From positions 301-64,300 of the forward strand of contig JAISMO010000114.1 in assembly GCA_031276675.1 (NCBI GenBank): DNA of 64,000 nucleotides. Reading direction: 5' to 3'. The stretch is from Tannerella sp. Lineage in GTDB: Bacteria > Bacteroidota > Bacteroidia > Bacteroidales > Tannerellaceae. Below are positions 36,886 through 47,414 of the stretch, in pieces. Every line of letters begins with the position of its first letter. The first letter of the stretch is position 1. The notes beneath the pieces are model-generated. The model saw only the letters and a program-made list of their open reading frames with translations. It had not been told where the DNA came from and did not search any database. The translations under genes were made by a program, and so were the position numbers.

Positions 36886-38232
36886 TTATATTTGCGGGGT
36901 GCCGAAAAGCGTTGCGGAAGTGGCGCTTTCGATTTTCACGCGCACATACTGTCCGATTTTGAAATTCCGTTTGTCGAAAATAACCACCTTGTTTTGTTCG
37001 GTACGACCGAACAACTGTTCGCGCGAGCGTTTGGAAAATCCCTCTACCAGCACCTCAAACACCTTGCCGGTGTCGCGACGGTTACCGGCTTCCGAAAGCC
37101 GGTTCTGCAACCGAATCAGTCCCTGCAGGCGACGGATTTTTACCTCTTCCGGCACATCATCCGGCAGGTGTGCGGCGGCATAGGTACCCGGTCGCTCGGA
37201 ATACTTGAACAGAAAAGCCGTGTCGAAACCGGCTTCGCGCATCAGCGAAAGTGTCGCCTCGTAATCCTCTTCCGTTTCGGAATGATAGCCGCAGAAAAGG
37301 TCAGTCGAAATACCGCAGTCCGGCAAAATACGACGGATGGCGGCGATACGTTCCAGATACCATTCGCGGGTATATCTGCGGTTCATCACGTTCAGCATCC
37401 GCGAACTGCCCGACTGGGCCGGCAGGTGGATATGTTTGCAGATGTTCCGGTGCGCCGCCATGACATGCAGGGTCTCGTCGCTCATGTCCTTCGGATGCGA
37501 GGTTGTGAAACGAATACGCATGTCCGGCACGGCTTCGGCTACACATGCCAGTAATTGCGGAAATCCGACACATCGGCCGTCCGTCTCAAAACGGTATGAA
37601 TTGACGTTCTGTCCCAGCAGGGTGACTTCGCGGTATCCCTGCGCTTGCATATCGCGCGCTTCATTCAGGATACTGCCCGGGTCGCGGCTTCGTTCGCGAC
37701 CGCGCGTGTAGGGAACAATGCAGTAGGTACAGAAATTATTGCATCCGCGCATGATGGAAATAAATCCGGAGATACGGATACCGCCCAGTTTCAGCGGAAT
37801 CAAATCCTTGTAGGTCTCCTGCGTCGACAGTTCCACGTTGATGGCCTTCTCGCCGCGTTCGACGGCGCCGGCCAGGTTCGGCAAATCCATATAGGCGTCC
37901 GGCCCTGCAACCAGGTCCACCCCATGTTCCCGAATCAATTCGTCCCGGACGCGCTCGGCCATGCAGCCCAGCACGCCGATAATCAACCCTCTCTTTTTCT
38001 TGCGGAACGATTGGAAATAGTGCAGACGTCTCAGCACACGCTGTTCGGCATTGTCACGTACCGAACAGGTATTTATAAAAATAGCGTCGGCCTCCTCCGG
38101 GTGTTCCGTCACGGCGTAGCCGTCCGTCTGCATGACGGATGCTACGACTTCACTGTCGGCAACATTCATCTGGCAACCATAAGTCTCAATGTATAATTTG
38201 CGCGTTGCGTGCGGGGTGTCAGGATCGTCCAT
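36886..38232 (-). CDS. miaB: tRNA-i6A37 methylthiotransferase
   Basis: Start MDDPDTPHATRKLYIETYGCQMN, a radical SAM CNNFCTYCIVP motif and a C-terminal TRAM domain. The track ORF's upstream extension crosses the promoter box. Confidence 0.95.
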   Translation of the reverse strand: MDDPDTPHATRKLYIETYGCQMNVADSEVVASVMQTDGYAVTEHPEEADAIFINTCSVRDNAEQRVLRRLHYFQSFRKKKRGLIIGVLGCMAERVRDELIREHGVDLVAGPDAYMDLPNLAGAVERGEKAINVELSTQETYKDLIPLKLGGIRISGFISIMRGCNNFCTYCIVPYTRGRERSRDPGSILNEARDMQAQGYREVTLLGQNVNSYRFETDGRCVGFPQLLACVAEAVPDMRIRFTTSHPKDMSDETLHVMAAHRNICKHIHLPAQSGSSRMLNVMNRRYTREWYLERIAAIRRILPDCGISTDLFCGYHSETEEDYEATLSLMREAGFDTAFLFKYSERPGTYAAAHLPDDVPEEVKIRRLQGLIRLQNRLSEAGNRRDTGKVFEVLVEGFSKRSREQLFGRTEQNKVVIFDKRNFKIGQYVRVKIESATSATLFGTPQI

Positions 38233-38276
38233 ACTCTTTTTTTTGTCGAAAATTTCCCGATTCCAAAAGAAACGGC

Positions 38277-38284
38277 TATTTTTG
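38277..38284 (+). promoter_or_regulatory. -7 promoter box TATTTTTG
   Basis: 26 nt upstream of the ATG at 38311. Confidence 0.5.
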
Positions 38285-38288
38285 GGCG

Positions 38289-38296
38289 CAAATGTA
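38289..38296 (-). promoter_or_regulatory. -7 promoter box (TACATTTG on minus strand)
   Basis: Plus-strand CAAATGTA, 57 nt upstream of the miaB ATG at 38232. It sits back-to-back with the plus-strand box. Confidence 0.45.
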
Positions 38297-38310
38297 AAGA
38301 AATTAATGGT

Positions 38311-38700
38311 ATGGACAATCATCCCGGAGACTGGTTATATTATATTGTGATTTTGGTGGTAGCCATAGTCAGTTTCATTAGCAACCTGAACAAGAAGAAG
38401 TCTCAGGAACAAACGCTGCCGCCCGCGCCCGCGCCGTCCATGGAGGAAATGCTGCCCCCGCCCCCGCCGCCGGTAGGGACGCAGAGAAAGAAAAATCCTT
38501 CGCCCGTGCCGAAATCCATCCGGCCCTTAGCCGTTTCGTCGCTGCGGGGAGTGGAAGAAGGTCGGCGCATGTTGACCGGAGAGGCACATGCCTCTGTAGA
38601 GGAAAAGGAAACGGCATGGATGAATGAACTGGATTTAACGGACGCGGACGCTTTCCGTAAAGCCTTCATTGCAGCAGAGGTATTGAACCGGAAGTATTGA
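38311..38700 (+). CDS. hypothetical single-TM proline-rich protein
   Basis: MDNHPGDWLYYIVILVVAIVSFISNL is a TM segment. It is followed by a PPAPAP/PPPPPP linker and a conserved-looking C-terminus FRKAFIAAEVLNRKY. The gene has its own promoter box. Confidence 0.55.
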   Translation: MDNHPGDWLYYIVILVVAIVSFISNLNKKKSQEQTLPPAPAPSMEEMLPPPPPPVGTQRKKNPSPVPKSIRPLAVSSLRGVEEGRRMLTGEAHASVEEKETAWMNELDLTDADAFRKAFIAAEVLNRKY

Positions 38701-38749
38701 ATGCCGGAAAAAATACCCCCGTTGTTTTTGACGGTTGTTATTACGTTGC

Positions 38750-38757
38750 TATCTTTG
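38750..38757 (+). promoter_or_regulatory. -7 promoter box TATCTTTG
   Basis: 36 nt upstream of the ATG at 38794. Confidence 0.6.
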
Positions 38758-38793
38758 CAGTGCGAAATTAGTATGTAATAATCTGAACTAAGT

Positions 38794-40284
38794 ATGGCTC
38801 TACAATTCATTACTGCCGAAGAGGCAGCAACTTTTGTCAATCACGGCGACCGTGTCGGATTCAGCGGGTTTACGCCGTCAGGCTGTCCCAAAATCATTCC
38901 TTCGGCAATCGCCAAGCGTGCGGAAGAAGCTCACGCAAAAGGGAACCCCTTTCAAATCGGAATTTTCACAGGCGCTTCTACGGGCGACCGTATAGATGGC
39001 GCTCTGGCGCGTGCGAACGCCGTGAAATTCCGCAGCCCCTACCAGTCAAACAAAGACTTGCGGGCGTTGTTGAATGCGCGCGAGGCGCAGTATTTCGACC
39101 TTCACCTTTCCTCGCTGGCGCAAGAGTTGCGTTACGGCTTCTTCGGCAAGCTCAACGTCGCGATCATCGAAGCGGCCGACGTGACCGAAGACGGGGAAAT
39201 CCTCCTTACGGACGCCGCAGGCAATTCGCCGACATTCTGCCGGATGGCGGACCTCATTCTGATCGAACTGAATCATTTTCATCCGAAGGCTATTCGTGGA
39301 ATGCACGATCTGTATGAACCGAACGATCCTCCATATCGTCGCGAAATCCCCATCTACACCCCCTCCGACCGGATCGGTTCGCCGGTGTTGAAAGTCGATC
39401 CGAAGAAAATCGCCGGCGTGGTAAGCACGACAACGCCTCCGGACGGCAGCACCTTCACGCCGCTTGACGAGGTCACGGTCGACATCGGACGCAATGTAGC
39501 CGCTTTTCTGGTAAACGAAATGAAAGCCGGACGTATCCCGAACACGTTCCTGCCGCTCCAGAGCGGCGTGGGCAACATCGCCAACGCTGTACTGGGATGT
39601 ATGGGCGAAAATGAAGGCATCCCCCCTTTCAGCATCTATACCGAAGTGATTCAGGATGCCGTCATCAAACTGATGAAACAGGGACGGGTCAAGTTTGCCA
39701 GCGGCTGTTCGCTCACGCTCAGCAAGGAGGCGTTGAATGAGGTGTATTCAAATCTGGACTTCTACAAGGACAAACTCCTGCTCCGGCCGCAGGAAATATC
39801 CAACAATCCCGAAGTCGTCCGCCGGTTGGGCCTGATCACCATCAATACGGCTCTTGAAGTCGATATTTTCGGAAACATCAATTCGACGCACGTATCGGGT
39901 ACCCGGATGATGAATGGGATCGGCGGTTCGGGCGACTTTACTCGCGGAGCCTACCTGTCCGTCTTCACCACGCCTTCGACGGCCAAAAACGGTAAAATCA
40001 GCGCTTTTGTGCCGATGGTCTCGCACGCAGACCACAGTGAACATTCCGTCAAAATCCTCGTTTCCGAATACGGCGTAGCCGACTTGCGCGGCACTTCGCC
40101 TGTGCAACGGGCGCGTCTCATCATCGACAACTGTGTGCATCCCGACTATCGTCCACTCCTGAACGACTATCTGAACAGAGGCATTGCCGGACATACGCCG
40201 CAAGACCTCAAAGCCTGTTTTGCCTTCCATCATGCGCTGGCGGACAGGGGTGACATGCATCTGGTTGACTGGAGCGGCCGCTGA
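38794..40284 (+). CDS. acetyl-CoA hydrolase/transferase family protein (succinate/acetate CoA-transferase-like)
   Basis: 496 aa. FSGFTPSGCPK and the GIGGSGDF catalytic region are typical of the Cat1/ASCT family. Confidence 0.92.
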   Translation: MALQFITAEEAATFVNHGDRVGFSGFTPSGCPKIIPSAIAKRAEEAHAKGNPFQIGIFTGASTGDRIDGALARANAVKFRSPYQSNKDLRALLNAREAQYFDLHLSSLAQELRYGFFGKLNVAIIEAADVTEDGEILLTDAAGNSPTFCRMADLILIELNHFHPKAIRGMHDLYEPNDPPYRREIPIYTPSDRIGSPVLKVDPKKIAGVVSTTTPPDGSTFTPLDEVTVDIGRNVAAFLVNEMKAGRIPNTFLPLQSGVGNIANAVLGCMGENEGIPPFSIYTEVIQDAVIKLMKQGRVKFASGCSLTLSKEALNEVYSNLDFYKDKLLLRPQEISNNPEVVRRLGLITINTALEVDIFGNINSTHVSGTRMMNGIGGSGDFTRGAYLSVFTTPSTAKNGKISAFVPMVSHADHSEHSVKILVSEYGVADLRGTSPVQRARLIIDNCVHPDYRPLLNDYLNRGIAGHTPQDLKACFAFHHALADRGDMHLVDWSGR

Positions 40285-40300
40285 CCGGACGCCGGATAAA

Positions 40301-40345
40301 GGAGAGAGGTTGCCCGGACAGACAGTCTCTCTCCCAACCTGTTTT
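40301..40345 (+). terminator. terminator-like hairpin after CoA-transferase
   Basis: GGAGAGAG...CTCTCTCC (40301..40334) followed by CAACCTGTTTTC. It ends 3 nt before the methyltransferase ATG. Confidence 0.55.
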
Positions 40346-40347
40346 CA

Positions 40348-41226
40348 ATGAAAATAACAGCAAACATATTACTTGGAGATTGCAGGGTGCTTTTAAAAGA
40401 ACTTCCCGACAATTCGGTTGATTTGATTTTTACCTCGCCACCGTATGCCGATCAGCGAAAAAATACGTATGGGGGAATCAGTCCGGATAAATACGTTCAA
40501 TGGTTCCTGCCTGTCTCCAAAGAGCTTTTGAGGGTGCTGAAACCGGCAGGTACTTTTGTTTTGAATATAAAGGAAAAAGTAGTTGACGGCGAGCGCAGTA
40601 CCTATGTGATGGAGCTTGTTCTCGAAATGCGGAAACAGGGGTGGCTTTGGACGGAAGAATTTATCTGGCACAAAAAAAACTGTTACCCCGGAAAGTGGCC
40701 CAACCGCTTTCGGGATGCCTGGGAAAGGCTGCTTCAGTTCAACAGGCAAAAAACCTTTGCCATGTATCAGGACGAAGTAATGGTTCCGAAGGGAGACTGG
40801 GCAAGGGGGCGGTTGAAAAACTTGAGCGAAACGGACCAAATCAGAGATCACTCCAAAGTCGGGAGCGGCTTTGGGAAAAACATTTCCAACTGGCTTGACC
40901 GGGAAAAAGTGTATCCGACAAACGTGCTGCACCTGGCAACCGAATGCGGCAATAAAAACCACAGCGCAGCATTTCCCCAAGGGCTGCCCGAATGGTTTAT
41001 CCGGCTTTTTACCAAAGAAGGCGACACGGTACTTGACCCTTTTATGGGATCCGGAACAACCAATATTGTGGCTCAGCGCATGAATCGCAATTCAATAGGC
41101 ATAGATATTTCGCCCGAATATTGCAGCATGGTGAAAAAACAGATCGAGTCCGCAAAACTTATATTATTTGCAAATACAGGAAAATATGACACAGTTGAAA
41201 ATACCGGACATTGCGCAGTACATTGA
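40348..41226 (+). CDS. solitary beta-class DNA methyltransferase (N4-cytosine or N6-adenine)
   Basis: Motif IV FTSPPY lies near the N-terminus and motif I DPFMGSGTT near the C-terminus, which is the beta permutation. No restriction endonuclease gene is adjacent. Confidence 0.9.
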   Translation: MKITANILLGDCRVLLKELPDNSVDLIFTSPPYADQRKNTYGGISPDKYVQWFLPVSKELLRVLKPAGTFVLNIKEKVVDGERSTYVMELVLEMRKQGWLWTEEFIWHKKNCYPGKWPNRFRDAWERLLQFNRQKTFAMYQDEVMVPKGDWARGRLKNLSETDQIRDHSKVGSGFGKNISNWLDREKVYPTNVLHLATECGNKNHSAAFPQGLPEWFIRLFTKEGDTVLDPFMGSGTTNIVAQRMNRNSIGIDISPEYCSMVKKQIESAKLILFANTGKYDTVENTGHCAVH

Positions 41227-41286
41227 AGGGAATACAGGCGTTTTTCATCACAAAAGAATAGAGACAGCCAATAAAAGCATCCCGCT

Positions 41287-42486
41287 ATGTTAGACCTGTC
41301 ATCCCTCCGTTCGGATTTTCCGATCTTGCAGAACAAAGTATACGGCAAACCGCTGGTCTATCTCGACAATGCGGCTACGACGCAGAAACCGCGTTGCGTA
41401 GTTGAGAAGCTGACCGACGGGTATTACCGTGTCAATGCGAACATCCACCGCGGTGTACACTTCCTCAGTCAGCAGGCTACCGAAGCTCATGAAGAGGCGC
41501 GACGGACGGTACAGCAATTCCTGAACGCCCGCTCGCCGACGGAAATCATCTTTACCCGCGGCACGACCGAAGCGATCAACATGCTGGCTTCGAGCTATGG
41601 TAAAGCGTTCATGCGACCGGGCGACGAGGTGATTGTCTCGGCGATGGAACATCATTCGAACATTGTCCCCTGGCAGTTGCAGGGGATGAGGCTGAAGGTG
41701 ATCCCGGTGAACGAACGGGGCGAGTTGGAGATGGATGTTTACGAGCGGCTGTTTACCGAACGGACGCGCCTGGTGGCCGTTACGCATGTATCCAACGTGC
41801 TGGGGACGGTCAATCCCGTGGCCGACATCATCCGTATCGCCCGCCGGCACAACATCCCCGTACTGATTGACGGCGCGCAGGCCGTGGCACACATGCCCGT
41901 GGACGTGCAGGCGCTGGATGTCGACTTCTATGCCTTCTCCGGACATAAAATCTACGCTCCCACGGGCATCGGCGTGCTTTACGGCAAAGCATGCCGGCTC
42001 GAATGCATCCCTCCCTACCAGGGTGGAGGAGAGATGATCGCTTCCGTATCATTCGAGAAAACGAGTTTCAATGAACTGCCGTACAAGTTTGAAGCCGGTA
42101 CGCCGGACTTCATCGGGAGTACGGCGCTGGCAGAAGCGTTGCGTTACCTGTCATCCTTCGGGTGGGACGCCATTGCCGCCCATGAGGAAGCCCTGCTGAC
42201 CCGTGCCGAGCAACGGCTGACCGATGCCGGAGCACGCATCTTCGGGCGGGCGGGCGCCAAAAGCAGCGTCCTGTCATTTGCCCTGGGACCGATTCATCAT
42301 TATGACGCGGGGATGCTGCTGGACCGGCTGGGGATTGCCGTGCGCACGGGGCATCACTGTGCCGAACCGCTGATGCGGATACTGGGCGTGGACGGGACGG
42401 TGCGCGCCTCGTTTGCCCTCTACAACACGATGGAAGAAATCGACGTACTGACAGCCGGTATCGAACGGATTAAAGGCATGTTTTAA
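41287..42486 (+). CDS. sufS: cysteine desulfurase, SufS-type
   Basis: YLDNAATTQKP, the FSGHKIY PLP lysine and the RTGHHCAEP active-site Cys loop. Confidence 0.93.
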   Translation: MLDLSSLRSDFPILQNKVYGKPLVYLDNAATTQKPRCVVEKLTDGYYRVNANIHRGVHFLSQQATEAHEEARRTVQQFLNARSPTEIIFTRGTTEAINMLASSYGKAFMRPGDEVIVSAMEHHSNIVPWQLQGMRLKVIPVNERGELEMDVYERLFTERTRLVAVTHVSNVLGTVNPVADIIRIARRHNIPVLIDGAQAVAHMPVDVQALDVDFYAFSGHKIYAPTGIGVLYGKACRLECIPPYQGGGEMIASVSFEKTSFNELPYKFEAGTPDFIGSTALAEALRYLSSFGWDAIAAHEEALLTRAEQRLTDAGARIFGRAGAKSSVLSFALGPIHHYDAGMLLDRLGIAVRTGHHCAEPLMRILGVDGTVRASFALYNTMEEIDVLTAGIERIKGMF

Positions 42487-43137
42487 ATGGCGCTGCTGCC
42501 CTGTCTGAAAACCGGCCGCATGGAAGCCGGCTGCGACGAAGCCGGACGGGGATGTCTGGCGGGGGCAGTATACGCCGCAGCCGTGATTCTGCCGCCGGAC
42601 TTTCACCATGCCGACCTGAATGACAGCAAGCGCTTAAGTGTGAAGAAACGCTATGAACTGCGGACGGTCATCGAACGGGAAGCCGTTGCCTGGGCAACCG
42701 GCTCAGTCGCGCCGGAAGAAATCGACCGTATCAATATCCTGAATGCGTCTTTTCTGGCAATGCACCGAGCCATCGAGCAGTTGAAAACGGTTCCCCAACA
42801 CCTGCTGATTGACGGCAACCGTTTTACTCCCTATCCGGGTATCCCCCATACGACGGTGGTTGGGGGCGACGGCAAATACCGGAGTATCGCGGCAGCGTCG
42901 ATATTGGCAAAAACCTGTCGCGATGATTACATGAACAGCCTGGCCGAAGTATGGCCGACTTATCAATGGGAAAAAAACAAAGGCTATCCCACACGGGCGC
43001 ACCGCGAGGCCATCCGCACATACGGATTCACACCCCTGCACCGAAGAAGTTTCACGCTCCTCCCGTCCCGACAGTTATCGCTTGCATTTTCCGGGGACCT
43101 CCGGCGCCCGGATGAAATGTCTCACGGGCATAGCTGA
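42487..43137 (+). CDS. rnhB: ribonuclease HII
   Basis: [26 protein letters not shown] and KGYPT motifs. Confidence 0.93.
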   Translation: MALLPCLKTGRMEAGCDEAGRGCLAGAVYAAAVILPPDFHHADLNDSKRLSVKKRYELRTVIEREAVAWATGSVAPEEIDRINILNASFLAMHRAIEQLKTVPQHLLIDGNRFTPYPGIPHTTVVGGDGKYRSIAAASILAKTCRDDYMNSLAEVWPTYQWEKNKGYPTRAHREAIRTYGFTPLHRRSFTLLPSRQLSLAFSGDLRRPDEMSHGHS

Positions 43138-43239
43138 GATACCGTGTGGTTCGCCTGTTTATCTGTCAGGACAGTCGCCGACGGAGGAAAATCTCTTTTT
43201 TTCTTTTGCAAACGAAGGGCGCCCCTGAGGTGACCGGGT

Positions 43240-45048
43240 TCATCTCCGGACGGTTTGCAGGACGCGCAGGAGGTTTCCGCCCCGGATTTTGCGTATGTCT
43301 TCATCCGAATAGCCTTCGGCGAGCAGGCGGACAGTGATCTGTATCAGTTCGTTGGCGGCGCGGCAGCCAATCAGTTCGCCGCCGCCGTCGAAGTCGGAAC
43401 CGATGCCGACGTGGTCGATACCCGCTATGCGGACGGCGTGGTTGATGTGACGGACGGCATCGCTCAGCGTGGCTTCGGGACATCCCGTTTCGCCGCTGTT
43501 TTCGCGGATGAAACCGGTGTAGAGGCAGATGTGTATGACGCCTCCCTTGGCCGCAAGTGCTCCGATCTGACGGTCCGTCAGGTTGCGAGGATGATTGCAA
43601 AGGGCGCGGACGGAGGAATGGGAGGCGATGACAGGCATACGGCTTTCGTTCAGCACGTCGTAGAAGGTCGTTTCGGCGGCGTGGGAGAGGTCAATCAGGA
43701 GGCCCAGGCGGTTCATTTCATGCACCGCTTCCCGTCCGAAGGGGCTTAGCCCGCCCCATTCGGGTTCGCCGGCGGCCGAGTCGCAGAGGTCGTTTGCGCC
43801 GTTGTGACACAGTGTGATGCTGGAGACGCCCCATTGCTTCAGGGTCTTCAGGCGGCCGAGGTTTTTGCCGATGGCGTAGCCGTTTTCCAGGCCCAGCAGA
43901 ATAGCTTTTTTCCTTTCCCGTTTCAGGCGCAGCAGGTCGTCCGGCGTGCGGGCAATCCCCACGCGTGCGGGATGCAGCCGCTCCTGCCGGATGAGTTGCG
44001 CAAGCCGCTCCAGGGCATATTCCCATGCCTGCCGACAGGCCTCTTCCGTGCGCGGGCCTTGCGGGACGTAGGCCACCATGCAGGCGGCGTCCAGCCGTCC
44101 CAGTTCCATCAGGGGCAGGTTGACCTTGCCTTCTGTATAGGGTGGGTTGAAGATGCCTCCAGTGCGCCGACCCAGGTCAAAGTCGCCAGTATAGACCATC
44201 GGCGCATCCGTATGCGCATCAATGGTCAGGATGCGGTCGTGGAGCCGTTTGGCTTCGGCAAAAAGAGCTGCCTTCCGGATGTGGAAGCGGAAAAGAGATT
44301 GCATGGTTTCGTCGCCGTGGACGGCCATCTGTTCCGGATGCCACTGCACGCCGAACAGGGGGTATTCGGGGAGTTCGATGCCTTCGTTGATGCCGTCCGC
44401 GGCGGTGGCGGTGGCGACGAATCCCGGAGCGAGGTCTTTGACCGCCTGATGATGCAGCGAATTGACGGCCCATTCGTTTTTTTCCGGCGCGATGGCGCGC
44501 AGGATGGAGGGACGGTTGGCCAGGGTGACGGTATGCGTGGCGCAGTGACGCGGTTCGGTCTGGCTGTGGGGCAGGGCTGTGGCGGCATATTGCGTGGGAA
44601 TGTCCTGATAAAGGGTGCCTCCGAAGGCTGCGTTGATTACCTGATGCCCGCGGCAAATCCCCAGTATGGGTATCTGACGGACGAAGGCCAGCCGCAGGAG
44701 CAGGAAATCAAAGGCGTCGCGAAAGGCGTTGACGCCATCGACTTCGGGTATGGGCGCCTCGACAAGAAACAGGGGGTCTATGTCTCCGCCGCCGGAAAGA
44801 ATCAGCCCGTCCAGACTGTCCACAATGGCTGCCAGGGCGCTGACTTCCGTCATCACCGGTATGATTACCGGCGCGCCGCCGGCCTGCAAGACAGCTTGAT
44901 AATAGGGATCGGAAATGCAGGAGAGGTCTTCTTTTTTATTGGCGGAAATGCCAATGCGGGGTAACGGCGTCGCTTCGGCGGCAGGCAGGTATTCATCTGC
45001 CTCCTTCCGGAGCGTTTCCAAATCGGGGAGACGGAGTGAATGTTCCAT
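43240..45048 (-). CDS. fusion protein: class-I glutamine amidotransferase-like peptidase C26 (PuuD-like) + M19 membrane dipeptidase
   Basis: The N-terminal ~250 aa contain GICRGHQVIN, NSLHHQA and WHPE. The C-terminal ~350 aa contain IDAHTD, ITLCHNG and LIDLSH...SHSS, the M19 zinc-ligand blocks. Confidence 0.9.
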   Translation of the reverse strand: MEHSLRLPDLETLRKEADEYLPAAEATPLPRIGISANKKEDLSCISDPYYQAVLQAGGAPVIIPVMTEVSALAAIVDSLDGLILSGGGDIDPLFLVEAPIPEVDGVNAFRDAFDFLLLRLAFVRQIPILGICRGHQVINAAFGGTLYQDIPTQYAATALPHSQTEPRHCATHTVTLANRPSILRAIAPEKNEWAVNSLHHQAVKDLAPGFVATATAADGINEGIELPEYPLFGVQWHPEQMAVHGDETMQSLFRFHIRKAALFAEAKRLHDRILTIDAHTDAPMVYTGDFDLGRRTGGIFNPPYTEGKVNLPLMELGRLDAACMVAYVPQGPRTEEACRQAWEYALERLAQLIRQERLHPARVGIARTPDDLLRLKRERKKAILLGLENGYAIGKNLGRLKTLKQWGVSSITLCHNGANDLCDSAAGEPEWGGLSPFGREAVHEMNRLGLLIDLSHAAETTFYDVLNESRMPVIASHSSVRALCNHPRNLTDRQIGALAAKGGVIHICLYTGFIRENSGETGCPEATLSDAVRHINHAVRIAGIDHVGIGSDFDGGGELIGCRAANELIQITVRLLAEGYSDEDIRKIRGGNLLRVLQTVRR

Positions 45049-45069
45049 GCAGGCAGGTATCCGGGTTTT

Positions 45070-47085
<2,016 letters not shown>

Positions 47086-47291
47086 TTATTCTCAAAAAGC
47101 GAACAAATATAGTAATTATTTTTAGATCGGGAAAATCTCCTGAAGGAAAGGGGCAGAGGCAGATTCAGGTAGCGAATGCAATTTTTCTAAAGAATCTGTC
47201 TTGAGGGGGAATCAACACCAGGCAATTTTCCCGGTTTTCGATTCATTTTGTTTTAACGGTTTGTTATAAGCCCAAAATGTCCATTAGGAAC

Positions 47292-47400
47292 ATTAATTCA
47301 CTCATGCTACGCAGTATCCGGACTTATCCCTCGCAGACAAAGCCGCCCGATTGCCTGTGCATTGAGGCTGCCCGACGGATGCCGCGTAACATGAGTTAAT
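47292..47400 (-). other. ~109-nt imperfect long hairpin immediately 3' of the T9SS esterase gene (structured RNA, complex terminator or REP)
   Basis: The outer arms are ATTAACTCATG / CATGAG(TGA)ATTAAT. The 14-bp inner arms are UUACGCGGCAUCCG / CGGAUACUGCGUAG. Read on the minus strand they give 2 G-U pairs and 1 mismatch; on the plus strand, 1 G-U and 2 mismatches. Confidence 0.3.
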
Positions 47401-47414
47401 AACAAAGAAATCCG

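Noticed and set aside
47314-47334. GAGGGATAAGTCCGGATAC (minus strand) resembling the RNase P RNA GAGGAAAGUCCGG box.
   Set aside because: The surrounding ~340-nt gap lacks the other universally conserved RNase P regions that I can recall (the P4 halves and the ACAGAAA-type J-regions). The string is simply part of the local nested hairpin.
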